A stretch of DNA of 64,000 bases from Nitrosopumilus sp. (GTDB lineage: Archaea > Thermoproteota > Nitrososphaeria > Nitrososphaerales > Nitrosopumilaceae), in NCBI GenBank assembly GCA_965218785.1, contig OZ244650.1, positions 832,001 through 896,000 of the forward strand, read 5' to 3'. Shown piece after piece: positions 1-12,400 of this stretch (position 1 is its first letter; each line of letters opens with the position of its first letter). Below the pieces are notes generated by a model. It saw only the letters and a list, made by a program, of their open reading frames with translations. It made no database searches and was not told where the DNA came from. The position numbers and the translations under genes are program-made.

Positions 1-149
1 ATTAAAAGAATTAATTTAATTTATGTGCCTTTCGTGTATGTATTTGGATGTTATTTGTAGAGGTGATGGCTGTGTCATCAATGTGTCTTGATGTAATCTG
101 TCGTATACATAATGAAAAACATCATATTTGAGCTGTATGAAATAAAGAC

Positions 150-398
150 ATGAAGTATTTCTGGGGCGTGATATCCGTGATTCTGGTGTTGGTGTTCTTT
201 GTATCCGGTTATGCCATTGTTGCATTTGATGATGACCCTGAACCAAAAAGCGGTTTAAACCATACACTTAACGCATCATCCACCCTTGTAGTTACAGATG
301 ATCTCAAAACAGGTGCTTCCCCTGATTCTGTCAGTTCAAACGGCACCAAACATTACGTCATAAACGTATCTGACTCTCCCATCGTGGGCGGAAATTAG
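150..398 (+). CDS. Small secreted/membrane-anchored protein (82 aa) ending in a VSDSP motif
   Basis: Hydrophobic N-terminal signal/TM (MKYFWGVISVILVLVFFVSGYAIVAF); C-terminus HYVINVSDSPIV. Confidence 0.65.
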   Translation: MKYFWGVISVILVLVFFVSGYAIVAFDDDPEPKSGLNHTLNASSTLVVTDDLKTGASPDSVSSNGTKHYVINVSDSPIVGGN

Positions 399-400
399 TG

Positions 401-841
401 TTACTTGTCCCACTCTGTGATGTAGTACCTGTATTTTTCTGCGTGAGTCTGTGCCTCTGCAATCACATACCAGATGTGTAACTCCGATGTGTCCCCTGTT
501 AACTGGTCACAGGGTATTGTGAGTGTCTTTTCTGCTGCGTTGTAATCGAGCTGGTCTGATAGCTGGTCTGCCCTGACAAAGTATTGGTGCTCTATAATCT
601 GGTTATAGTGCTCTGCTGTAACATTGCAGTTGCCGTTTTCATCCCCCCCGTCAATTAGCCGTATCGGAATCGAGTTTTTTACGATGTCCCTTTCATTTAT
701 CTGGCTCCAGTCCGGCTCTGCGTACTCTTTGAGTATGCCGCCTAGTACTGATTCGTTTAGAAACGACTGCTCGTATGTTCCGGCGATTATCACTGCACCA
801 AGAGCTGATGCGGCTATTATGGTTAGGATTTTGTAGTTCAT
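401..841 (-). CDS. Hypothetical secreted protein
   Basis: ORF 401..868; likely start MNYKILTIIAASALGAVIIAG (ATG 841) gives a signal anchor; two Cys. Confidence 0.65.
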   Translation of the reverse strand: MNYKILTIIAASALGAVIIAGTYEQSFLNESVLGGILKEYAEPDWSQINERDIVKNSIPIRLIDGGDENGNCNVTAEHYNQIIEHQYFVRADQLSDQLDYNAAEKTLTIPCDQLTGDTSELHIWYVIAEAQTHAEKYRYYITEWDK

Positions 842-1182
842 GGTGTGTCTGTTGTTATATGGATTCACAGATACCCTTGTAAATTAGTTGCTATTTTGCC
901 GTGCCGTCTTTTCTGCCTTGCAGACTTGGCAGTTAGTTGAAGTGGGGCATCTGACTGGTAATTATTGTGGACTCTTGCTTCTTTTTTTGTATTCGAGTCG
1001 GCTCTGTTGAGTGCCTGTGGTTGCAGGCAGGTTAAATGCCCGGAACCATCATATCAAGCATGCTTTTGCGATTAATACCTGGTTCTTGAGCCCAAGTGGA
1101 TATGGCAGGATACGCATCACCCATCTTTTACGGAAAATAACCCCATAAACGCTAAAATCATGGGATTATGCGTCAAATTACC

Positions 1183-1197
1183 CCAAACCTTTATTAG
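1183..1197 (+). promoter_or_regulatory. Putative archaeal BRE/TATA promoter (leaderless) for the 1220 gene
   Basis: aaacctttattag about 25-30 nt upstream of ATG 1220. Confidence 0.4.
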
Positions 1198-1219
1198 ATT
1201 AAATTATCTCCGTACCTAC

Positions 1220-1879
1220 ATGACAAACACAAACACAAGTCAAAAACTGGCCTACAAGCTTTCTGCAACTGGGCTCTTTGCGATATTTGCCATGATGGTT
1301 ATTCCTGGCAGTGTATTTGGAGGAGCAGCAGCGGCAGATTCCACCGAGACCGGACAGATATCTGTCTATGGAATGTTGGATCTTGTACAAAAAGATGCCA
1401 GTGGAAACACGTTGTTATCACAGACAGTGCACAACCAACTCACAAATGATGGTGAAAACTTCCTGTTAAATCAGGCATTTGCATCAACCACAGCATCAGT
1501 AGCTGACACACTTAGAATAGGTGCAATCTGCGTCACTGGTGTTGTAGCACCTCTAGGTGAGACATCTACTGCAGCAACCATGAGTGCAGTTCCTCTGGGA
1601 ACATCACTAGACAACTGTAAAGTACATACTCTCGCAGCTGCCAGCACAAACAGCCTAGCAGTAATAGGACCTCTTACATTTATAGGTGGTACTGAAGTTC
1701 CTGCTGCTGGAGAGATTCAGTCAATAGCAATATGCAATCATGCTGCTGCCGACTATGCACTTTGTAGTGATGCTTCAGGCGTTGCATTTGCAATAGTGAA
1801 TACCAACCCAGTGACCCTAGAACAGGATGACACTGTAGAAATCACATACACATTCAACGTGGAATCTCCAGACACATAA
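1220..1879 (+). CDS. Secreted protein resembling phage tail-collar/tail-fibre-type beta proteins
   Basis: Signal peptide, then GMLDLVQKDASGN..HNQLTNDGENFL and C-terminal IQSIAICN..VTLEQDDTVEITYTF pattern; start placed at MTNTNT after the TATA box. Confidence 0.7.
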   Translation: MTNTNTSQKLAYKLSATGLFAIFAMMVIPGSVFGGAAAADSTETGQISVYGMLDLVQKDASGNTLLSQTVHNQLTNDGENFLLNQAFASTTASVADTLRIGAICVTGVVAPLGETSTAATMSAVPLGTSLDNCKVHTLAAASTNSLAVIGPLTFIGGTEVPAAGEIQSIAICNHAAADYALCSDASGVAFAIVNTNPVTLEQDDTVEITYTFNVESPDT

Positions 1880-1882
1880 AAT

Positions 1883-1910
1883 CTTTTTTTCTTTATTTTT
1901 TTATTTATTC
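1883..1910 (+). terminator. Oligo-T archaeal terminator
   Basis: tctttttttctttatttttttatttatt immediately after stop 1879. Confidence 0.55.
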
Positions 1911-2195
1911 ATTGCAGGCTTGCCTGTAGGTTTTCACATGCAATCCATTCCGCATATTCCTTGTCAATCCAATATATAATGACGCGCAAATATTGAGATC
2001 AATTTTATCAAACCGAAAACCATCAAGTCATCATATCCATATCCCAAACAACGAGATCAACCTTTTACCTGAAACGGTAGGGAGATGCAGGATGGACAGG
2101 GCTGGAATTACCGGTGAGTAGTGACACACAATGTTTTCAAATTAAAAATCATTCAAAAATAAAGATTAGATGATTTTACCAAGGCAAACATAATA

Positions 2196-2906
2196 ACCAA
2201 GGTAAAGAACAAATTCACCCAACAAGAAAGGCAAGAATCATTCTGGAATCCATAAACACCCGGATCAGCACGGCAGCCGGCATATCATGCAGAAAACAAG
2301 CATGGGAAAGTCGGTGTCCATGTCGGATTATCTCGCAACAAATTATATCACAACCCAAGACCGAGAGTCATCAGCAGATCCCACCGTCACAACTGTCGGG
2401 AATCTGGTTTGATGATCTCTACTAGACAGCAGACGCACGGCCGCAAGCGTTTCACGGTAGATTGCTGTGCCCATAAACTGCAGGCAGATTCAGAGAATAT
2501 GCCGTAAAACAGGCGTGATTTCACCCCAAAAGACCAAAAAAGACATCATAAGATCCAACAGAAAACTGCTCAAGCCACAGGACCAAACCAGTATGGAATG
2601 GAGATGACGTACATTGGAGACATCGACGACAGGTGCTCTGCTTTAACGTAATGGACGTCCTTACCAGAAAATGGATATCTATTCCTTTGACGTACGGCAG
2701 ACAAGCATCTGCAGTTGATTCCAGTCAACACCATGCCACTGATGCCCCGACTGCTCACATCTAATAATTAGAACAGACAACGGCGGCCAGTTCTCAGCAG
2801 GACGTTCCAGGATGCGATCATTCTTGGTGCAGACAGTTCATAAGAATCACACATCATGGCAGCGGACATGTAGAATCGTTCCACAAGACTCTCAAAAAAG
2901 AGTATG
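2196..2906 (+). mobile_element. Degenerate IS3-family element (frameshifted orfA/orfB remnants)
   Basis: 2201-2276 matches orfA of the IS at 55611-55872; 2300-2400 matches 55365-55586; rve motifs LIIRTDNGGQF (2761) and GHVESFHKTLKKEY (2864). Confidence 0.85.
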
Positions 2907-3525
2907 CTCCTTGATTATCTGCAGTAAATCTTTGTATGGAGACATTTTTCTTGCTCTCTGCTATTATCTTGGCAACCCCCCCTCCTCTCCGTAATCCTGA
3001 TTTCTGAACGGATCTCAGATCCCCGTTAATGGCATTTGAACCGATCATAATTACCCGGTTTTGCCGCAAAAATGATCTAATCCCAATAGTCCTGTCACAC
3101 CAGATAACACACATCCTTTTCTTTGATTTTCATAATTTGAGGGATTGATTGAAAATTTGAATTGATCATATCTAGTCAGATATTTCATCGGGTCCTGTGG
3201 TGGGACATCTGACAACAGGTAATCCATACATGGGCATTATCGGCCTCCGCACCTATCTGCCTGCAAAACCCTTATCATATCTGATGACCCAAGCGATCAG
3301 ATGTCTGATTAGGTGGCTAAATTTCCATATATTTCCTATATGGATAGGAAAAAACTAGCAAAATCAAGAAAATATAGAATATTCCCAACTAATTTGGATA
3401 TAACTATTTTAACTAAAGAATTACGGAAAACTACTATTGACTTCAAAAGACGTTCAATCACGGAGGAAAGGGGGGAACTGTATTGCAGTACAGCGCAATG
3501 ATTACTACTACCTGTTTGATACTAT

Positions 3526-6500
3526 ATGATATTATGTTGTTGTTTACTTGTCCTCCTTTTTGCATTCACTGCTGGACTGGTACTATCCGATGCACATGCC
3601 CAGACATACGTCCCACCCTTTGGGACTTTTGTAGACACGTTTGATAGTACCGACCTGGCTTCCCTTCCACGGGGAATCACAGCAAACTCCACTCACGTAC
3701 TGGTTGCAGATTATAACGGAATAAACATATTTGATCTGGACGGTAACATTGCCGGCACGATTGGCAGTTTTGGCAGAGACAACGGTCAGTTTGACAATCC
3801 ACGAGGAATCACAACAAACTCCACTCACATACTGGTTGCAGACACCGACAACAACAGGATACAGGTATTTGATAACACGGGCACCCATGTCACCACGATT
3901 GGCAATCCTGCTAACAGCATATCTGGCAGCTCATTAGACGGCATGTTTGACACGCCATCAGGAATCACAACAAACTCCACCCACATACTGGTTGCAGACA
4001 CCTACAACCACAGAATCCAGGTATTTGATCTGGATGGCAACTATCTCAGCCAGTTTGGCAACGACCTGCTTTCCCTTCCACGGGGAATCACGACAAACTC
4101 CACCCACATACTGGTTACAGACACCGGAAACAACAGAATCCATGTATTTGATTCAAACGGTACCATTGCCGCCACGTTTGGCAGTGTCGGCGGTCGTGCA
4201 GGTCAGTTTAACTATCCTACCGGAATCACAACAACTTCCACACACATACTGGTTACAGACACCCACAACGATAGAATCCAGGTATTTGATCATAGCGGCA
4301 ACTATGTAAGCATGATTGGCAGTTCCGGTAATATCGGTAATAATGAGAACCAGTTTGACAGACCATCCGGAATCACGACAACCTCCACGCACGTACTGGT
4401 TGCAGACACCGGCAACGCCAGAATCCAGATATTTGATCTTCCGCCTACCGTAACGATATCTTCCACTCTTTCTGATGGTGGACCTGCATTCTCTAATACC
4501 ATATCTTATGTTGTCCTGTTCAGTGAACCTGTGACTGGCTTTATGGCATCGGATATTACAATATCTGGGACGGCATCCGTCGACCCGTATGTGGCATCAA
4601 ATTTTGGTGGAACTGCTGATCGATACACCTTTGAGGTGGTAACCCCCTCCGTTGATACAGTCACAGTATCAATTCCTGAAAACACGGCAGAGGATAATGC
4701 AGGCAACGGCAACGTGGCATCTGACCAACATACCATTGCAATCGATATCGTCGCACCTACAGTATCTCTAACTACTGATGTCACCTATGGTGGTACCTCT
4801 GAGACTAACATGATATTCTATACTGCCGCCTTTGATGAGACCGTAACGGGATTTGATACCGCATCTGATATCACCATATCTGGAACAGCTACTGCAACGG
4901 CATCTGCACCGACTGGAGAAGGCGACACATACTACTTTACTGTGACTACCACCACTGACGGTACGGTCACAGTATCAATTCCTGCAAACGCGGCAGAAGA
5001 TAATGCAGGCAACGGCAACGTGGCATCTGACCCATACATCGTTACAGTGGATGCCCCTGCATCATTTGGGACTTTTGTCAGCACTATTGGCAGTTTCGGC
5101 AGAGACGACGGTCATTTTAACAATCCTAATGGAATCACGACAAACTCCACGCACATCCTGGTTGCAGACTCTGACAACAACAGAATACAGGTATTTCATC
5201 TAAACGGCACCCATGCCGACACGCTTGATAGTTTCGGCGATACGGGAGACGACGGGTTTAATCATCTACAAGCAATAACAACAAACTCCACGCACATCCT
5301 GGTTGCAGACACCTTCCATGACAGGATATTGATATTTGACACCGCAGGTAGATTGCTCCACACGTTTGGCAGCCACGGCACAGGCGACGGTCAGTTTGAC
5401 AGCCCGCGAGGCATCACGACAAACTCCACGCACATACTGGTTGCAGACACCAGTAACGACAGAATACAGGTATTTGATAACACAGGCACCCATGTCAGCA
5501 CGTTTGGCAATCACGGCTCAGGCGACGGTCAGTTTGACAGCCCGCGAGGAATCACGACAAACTCCACGCACATCCTAGTTACAGACTCTAGAAACGATCG
5601 GATACAGGTATTTGATAATACGGGCACCCATGTCGGCACAATTGGCAGTATGGGCTCAGACCTCCGCGAAATTGACAACCCACGAGGCATCACAACAACC
5701 CCCACACACATCCTGGTTGCAGACACCAGCAACCACCAGATACAGGTATTTCATCTGAACGGCGCCCATGTCGGCACAATTGGCAGTTCAGGCTCAGGCG
5801 ACGGCCAGTTTGGCGCACCACACGGAATCACGACAAACTCCACGCACATGCTGGTAACAGAAATCAGCAACGACAGAATCCAGATATTTGATCTTGCACC
5901 TGCCATGACCATAAATAGTAACACCTCCAACGGCGGTATGTCTTCCTCCGAGACCGTATCATACACTGTAACCTTTACAGAAGATGTGTCATACTTTGAT
6001 GGTACGGATATCACCGCATCTGGAACCGCATCCTGGGGTTCGCCTACCGTGTCAAACTTTATGAAAATAACTGCAACTGATTATACGTTTGACGTGGCAA
6101 CCACCGATGACGGTACGGTCACAGTATCTATTCCTAAAAACGTGGCAGTAGGTAGTGCAGACATCGGCAACGTGCCATCTGCCACACATGCCATTACGGT
6201 AGATACCACTGCACCTGCCGTAACCATAACTGCCGATGTCACTGATGAGGACACCGTAGACACTAACATGATATCCTATACTGCCACCTTTGATGAGGCA
6301 GTCACTGGCTTTGATGTCGCTGATGATATCACCGTATCCGGATCAGATACTGCAACGGCATCTGCACCGACTGGAGATGGTACCACCTACCACTTTACTG
6401 TGACTGCCATCACTGACGGTACGGTCACAGTATCGATTCCTGCAAACGCGGCAGAAGATAATGCAGGCAACTACAATATATCATCTGAACCATACACCGT

Positions 6501-7497
6501 TACCGTGGATGCCCCAGTATCGTTTGGGACCTTTGTCAGCACGATTGGCAGTGTGGGTGGCTCTGGCAACGACCAGTTTAAAAATCCAAGAGGAATCACG
6601 ACAAACTCCACCCACATACTGGTTGCAGACACTCTCAACAGCAGGATCCAGGTATTTGATCTGGACGGCACATATGTCAACACGATTGGCAGTTTAGGCT
6701 CAGGTAACGACCATCTTAACATTCCTACTAGAATCACAACAAACTCCACTCACATACTGGTTGCAGACACCAACAACCACAGGATACAGGTATTTGATCT
6801 GGACGGCACCCACACCGGTACGTTTGGCAGTAAAGGCTCAGCCGACGGTCAGTTTAACAGCCCGCGAGGAATCACAACAAACTCCACGCACATACTGGTT
6901 GCAGACCGCAACAACCACCGAATCCAGGTATTTGATAACACGGGCACCCATGTCAACTCGTTTGGCAGTCGTGGCGCCACCTCCGAAGGCAACCCCGGCG
7001 AGTTTAGATCACCTGCAGGAATCGCCACAACTCCAATACACATACTAGTTGCAGACACTGGCTACGGCAGGATACAGGTATTTGATCTGGACGGCAACTA
7101 TGTCGACCAGTTCGGCAACGGTTATCTTGAATCCCCACAAGGAATCACAATAACCCCTACACACATACTGGTTACAGACACCTACGACAACAGGATACAT
7201 GTGTTTGATCTGGTCGGCAACCATCTCGGCATGTTTGGCAGTCTTGACCACCCACGAGAAATCACGACAAACTCCACCCACATACTGGTTGCAGACACCG
7301 GCAACCACAGGATACAGATATTTGATCTTCCACATACTGCAACCATAAAGACTGACACCCACCACGGCAGCACGCAGGTCTCTGAGACGGTATCCTACAC
7401 TGTCACCTTTACAAAAGACGTGTCATATTTTGATGGTTCGGATATTATAATATCTGGAACAGCATCAGGCGTTCGCCCACCATATCAAACTTTATGA
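3526..7497 (+). CDS. Giant NHL-repeat/Ig-like surface protein, N-terminal fragment (signal peptide + 3 six-bladed NHL propellers + Ig-like domains)
   Basis: Signal peptide; 18 GITTNSTHILVADTxNxRIQVFD repeats; Big-like F.E.VTGF..SDI.ISG..GTVTVSIP..A.D.AGN domains; ends by a frameshift near 7470. Confidence 0.85.
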   Translation: MILCCCLLVLLFAFTAGLVLSDAHAQTYVPPFGTFVDTFDSTDLASLPRGITANSTHVLVADYNGINIFDLDGNIAGTIGSFGRDNGQFDNPRGITTNSTHILVADTDNNRIQVFDNTGTHVTTIGNPANSISGSSLDGMFDTPSGITTNSTHILVADTYNHRIQVFDLDGNYLSQFGNDLLSLPRGITTNSTHILVTDTGNNRIHVFDSNGTIAATFGSVGGRAGQFNYPTGITTTSTHILVTDTHNDRIQVFDHSGNYVSMIGSSGNIGNNENQFDRPSGITTTSTHVLVADTGNARIQIFDLPPTVTISSTLSDGGPAFSNTISYVVLFSEPVTGFMASDITISGTASVDPYVASNFGGTADRYTFEVVTPSVDTVTVSIPENTAEDNAGNGNVASDQHTIAIDIVAPTVSLTTDVTYGGTSETNMIFYTAAFDETVTGFDTASDITISGTATATASAPTGEGDTYYFTVTTTTDGTVTVSIPANAAEDNAGNGNVASDPYIVTVDAPASFGTFVSTIGSFGRDDGHFNNPNGITTNSTHILVADSDNNRIQVFHLNGTHADTLDSFGDTGDDGFNHLQAITTNSTHILVADTFHDRILIFDTAGRLLHTFGSHGTGDGQFDSPRGITTNSTHILVADTSNDRIQVFDNTGTHVSTFGNHGSGDGQFDSPRGITTNSTHILVTDSRNDRIQVFDNTGTHVGTIGSMGSDLREIDNPRGITTTPTHILVADTSNHQIQVFHLNGAHVGTIGSSGSGDGQFGAPHGITTNSTHMLVTEISNDRIQIFDLAPAMTINSNTSNGGMSSSETVSYTVTFTEDVSYFDGTDITASGTASWGSPTVSNFMKITATDYTFDVATTDDGTVTVSIPKNVAVGSADIGNVPSATHAITVDTTAPAVTITADVTDEDTVDTNMISYTATFDEAVTGFDVADDITVSGSDTATASAPTGDGTTYHFTVTAITDGTVTVSIPANAAEDNAGNYNISSEPYTVTVDAPVSFGTFVSTIGSVGGSGNDQFKNPRGITTNSTHILVADTLNSRIQVFDLDGTYVNTIGSLGSGNDHLNIPTRITTNSTHILVADTNNHRIQVFDLDGTHTGTFGSKGSADGQFNSPRGITTNSTHILVADRNNHRIQVFDNTGTHVNSFGSRGATSEGNPGEFRSPAGIATTPIHILVADTGYGRIQVFDLDGNYVDQFGNGYLESPQGITITPTHILVTDTYDNRIHVFDLVGNHLGMFGSLDHPREITTNSTHILVADTGNHRIQIFDLPHTATIKTDTHHGSTQVSETVSYTVTFTKDVSYFDGSDIIISGTASGVRPPYQTL

Positions 7498-9459
7498 AAA
7501 TAACTGCGACTGATTATACGTTTGACGTGGCAACCACAGATAACGGTACGGTTACAGTAACGATTCCTAAAAACGTGGCGGTAACTGATACAGGTAACAG
7601 CAACATGGCATCTGAACCCTATACCGTTACAGTAAATACCAACGCCTCTACCGTAACTGTAATTACCGATACTGTGGATGGTGGTACTGCAACCACTAAA
7701 ACCATATCCTACATGGTCACATTTGACATGGATGTAAATGACTTTACTGAATCTGATATTGTGATAACTGGAACGGCATCCGGTGACTCACCTGCACCAT
7801 CAAACTTTATGAAATTAAGTGCTACATAGTATACCTTTGATGTGGCAACCATCCGTGACGGCACGGTCATTGTAATCATTCCTGAAAACGTGGCAACAAC
7901 TGATGCAGGCAACGGCAACATATCATCTGACACACATGCCATTATAGTGGATGCCCACATACCTGCCGTAACCATAACTGCAGATACCGCTGATGGTCGT
8001 ACCACGGGCACTAACATAATATCATATACTGCCACCTTTGATGAGGCAGTAACTGGCTTTGATACGGATGATATCACAGTATCTGGATCAGCTGCTGCAA
8101 CGGCATCTGCACCAACCGGAGATGGCACCACATACTTCTTTACTGTGACTGCCGATTCTGACGGTACGGTCACGGTATCTATTCCTGCAAACGCAGCAGA
8201 AGATATTACAGGCAACGGCAATGTGGCGTCTGACCCATACACCGTTACTGTGGATACCCCTGTAACATTTGGGACCTTTGCCAACACGCTTGGTAGTTCA
8301 AGTGGCTCTGGCAACGACCAGTTTAACAGTCCACGAGGAATCACGACAAACTCCACTCATATACTGGTTGCAGACCGCAACAACCACAGGATACAGATAT
8401 TTGATCTGGACGGCACCTATGTCAGCACGATTGGCAGTCTAGGCACCGGCAACGACCAGCTTAAAAATCCTTCTGGAATCACAACAAACTCCACCCACAT
8501 ACTGGTTGCAGACCCCGGCAACGACAGGATACAGGTATTTGATCTGGACGGTACCCACATCGGCACGTTTGGCAGGGAAGGCTCAACCGACGGTCAGTTT
8601 AACAGCCCACGCGGAATCACAACAAACTCCACTCACATACTGGTTGCAGACCGCAACAACCACAGGATCCAGGTATTTGATAACACAGGCATCCATGTGG
8701 CAGCTCGTTTGGACAACCACAGTGGTCCACCCGCTGTAAAGACCAACACCCCCAACGGCAGCACACAGGCCGGTATCCTACACTGTCACCTTTACAACAG
8801 ACGAAGGCAATCCTGGCGAGTTTAGATTTCCTGCAGGAATCGCCACAACTCCCACAGGCACATACTGGTCGCAGACAGTGGCTACGGCAGGATACAGATA
8901 TTTGATATGGACGGCACCTATGTCGACCAGTTCGGCAACGGTCATCTTGAATCACCACAAGGAATCACAACAACCCCCACACACATACTGGTTGCAGACA
9001 ACGACAACGACAGGATACACGTATTTGATCTGGACGGCAACCATCTGCCACCTTTGATGAAATAGTCACCGGCTTTGTTGATGCAGATGATATCACGGCA
9101 TGTTTGGCAGTCTTAACAACCCACAAGAAATCACAACAAACTCCACTCACATACTGGTTGCAGACACCGACAACCACAGGATACAGATATTTGATCTTCC
9201 ACCCGCTGCAACCATAAAGACCAACACCCCCAACGGCAGCACACAGGTCTCTGAGACGGTATCCTACACTGTCACCTTTACAATACTGGTCGCAGACGTG
9301 TCATACTTTGATGGTCGGCAACGGATATCACCGTATCTGGAACCGCATCGTATTTGATCTGGCGGTTCAGCATGTTTGGCCCACCGTCCACTCAAACTTT
9401 GTGAAAATAAATAAAGACCAACACCCCCAACGGCAGCACACACTGATTATACGTTTGAC
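7494..9459 (+). pseudogene. Disrupted middle part of the giant NHL/Ig-like gene
   Basis: Continues the same modules; TAG at 7827-7829 where paralogous modules have GAG; multiple insertions/frameshifts at 8690-9525. Confidence 0.75.
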
Positions 9460-12400
9460 GTGGCAACCGCCCACCGATCAAACGGTACTGATTATACGTT
9501 TGACGTGGCAACCGCCGATAACACGGTTGCAGTATCGATTCCTAAAAACGTGGCAGTAGATGATGCAGGCAACGGCAACGTGACATCTGACCTATATACC
9601 GTTACAGTAAATACCAACGCCCCCACTGTAACCATAATTGCCGATACTGTAAATGGTGGCACCGTAGATACTAAAACCATATCCTACATGGTCACATTTG
9701 ACATGGATGTAAATGACTTTACTGAATCTGATATTATGGTAACTGGAACCGCATCCGGTGACTCACCTGCACCCTCAAACTTTATGAAATTAAGTGCGAC
9801 AGAGTATACCTTTGATGTGGCAACCATCCGTGATGGTACGGTCACAGTAACGATTCCTGAAAATGTGGCATCAAGTAATACAGGCAACTACAACGTGGCA
9901 TCTAACACGCATACCATTACAGTAGATGCCTACATACCTACCGTAACCATAACTACCGATACCGCTGATGGTAGTACCACAGGCACTAACATAACATCCT
10001 ATACTGCCACCTTTGATGAAATAGTCACCGGCTTTGATACCACATCTGATATCACCGTATCCGGATCAGCTGCTGCGACGGCATCAGCACCAACCGGAGC
10101 CGGCACCACATACTCCTTTACCGTGACTGCCGATTCTGACGGTACGGTCACGGTATCTATTCCTGCAAACGCTGCAGAAGATAGCACAGACAACGGCAAC
10201 ATACAATCTGACCCATACACCGTTACAGTGGATACCCCGATAACATTTGGGACTTTTGTCAGCTCGTTTGGACGTCAGGGTTCAGGTGACGGCAGGTTTA
10301 ACAATCCTATTGGAATCACAACAAACTCCACACACATACTGGTTGCAGACGCCACCAACAACAGAATCCAGATATTTTATCTGAACGGCACCCATTCCAA
10401 CACGCTTGACAGTTTTGATGGCTCAGACGACGGCCTGTTTGATAACCCACAAGGAATAACGACAAACTCCACTCACATGCTGGTTGCAGACACCGATAAC
10501 GACCGGATACTGATATTTGACACTGCAGGCATTTTACTTCAAACGATTGACCGTTTTGGTCCAGATCTCCGTAAGTTTAACAGTCCGCAAGGAATCACAA
10601 TGACCTCCGTGCACATCCTGATTACCGACTCCCGTAACCACATGGTACACATATTTGATCTGGACGGTACCCCTGTCAACTCGTTTGAATTACAAGACGC
10701 AAGAACCAACCATCCTTTCATCCCACGAGGAATCACAACAAACTCCACACACATACTGGTTACAGACACCGACAACGGCAGGATACAGGTATTTGATAAC
10801 ACAGGCACCCATGCCGGCACTATTGGCAGTATTGGCACTACCGACGGCAAGTTTAAAAACCCACGAGGAATCACAACAACCCCTACACATATCCTGGTTG
10901 CAGACACCAGCAACCACAAGATACAGGTATTTGATATGGGTGGTAATCATGTCAGCACGCTTGGCCGTTTCGGAGGAGGCGCCGGCCAGTTTTCTTTACC
11001 ATATGGAATCACAACAAATTCCACGCATATGCTGGTTGCAGACACTCGCAACGCCAGAATCCAGACATTTGATCTTGCACCCACCGTGACCATAAATACC
11101 AACATCTCCAACGGAGGCACATCTTTTTCAGAGACCGTATCCTACACTGCCACCTTTACTGAAGACGTATCGTACTTTGATGGTGCGGATATCCTCATAT
11201 CTGGAACCGCATCGGGAGGTTTGCCCACCGTATCAAACTTTGTGAAAATAAATGCGACTGATTATACGTTTGACGTGGCAACCACAGATGACGGTACTGT
11301 CACAGTAGCGATTCCTAAAAACGTGGCAGTAGGCAGTGCAGACGCCGGCAACGTGCCATCTGCCACACATACCATTACAGTAAATACCGACTCACCCATC
11401 GTAACCATAACTCCCGATGATGACAGCACCGTAGATACTGACACAATATCCTATACTGTTACCTTCAGCGAGGAGGATATGGTGGGCTTTACGGTATCTG
11501 ATATTGAACTATCTGGAACGGCAACTATCCACCCGTCTGCACCATCAAACTTTATGAAAACAAGTGCGACAGAGTATACCTTTGACGTGGCAACCACAGA
11601 TGACGGTACGGTCATTGTATCGATTCCTGAAGACGTGGCAGTAAGTACGACAGACACAGGCAAAGTGACATCTGTAAAACACACCATTACAGTAAATGCC
11701 AACATACCCACAGTAACCATAACTGCCGATACGGCATATGGTGGCACCACAAACACTGACACAATATCCTATACTGCCACCTTTGATGAGGAAGTAACCG
11801 GCTTTGATGATACAGATGATATCGTCATATCCGGAACAGCTACTGCAACGGTATCTGCACTGACTGGAGACGGTGCCACATACTTTTTTACCGTGACTGC
11901 CCTCACTGACGGTACTGTTACAGTATCAATTCCTGAAAACGTGGCAACGGACATTGCAGGCAACAACAACGTGGCATCTGACCCATACACCGTTACGGCG
12001 GATGTTCCAATATCATTTGCGACTTTTGTCAGATCGTTTGGCAGTATAGGTGCAAGCGACGGTGAGTTTAGAAATCCTACTGGAATCATAACAAATTCCA
12101 CACACATGGTGGTTACAGACGCCGGCAACGACAGGTTACAAATATTTCATCTGAACGGCACCCATGCCAACACGCTTGACAGTTTTGATGGCTCAGACGA
12201 CGGTCTGTTTGATTACCCCCGGGCAATAACGACAAACTCCACCCACATGCTGGTTACAGACTCATCTCACAACAGAATACTGATATTTGACACCGCAGGC
12301 ATCTTACTCCACACGTTTGGCAGTCGTGGCTCAGACCCCGGCGAATTTAACCGCCCATCAGGAATCGCAACAAACTCCACGCACATACTGGTTGCAGACA

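Noticed and set aside
3313-3501. 62-aa ORF upstream of the giant gene
   Set aside because: No recognisable features; lies in the AT-rich probable promoter region
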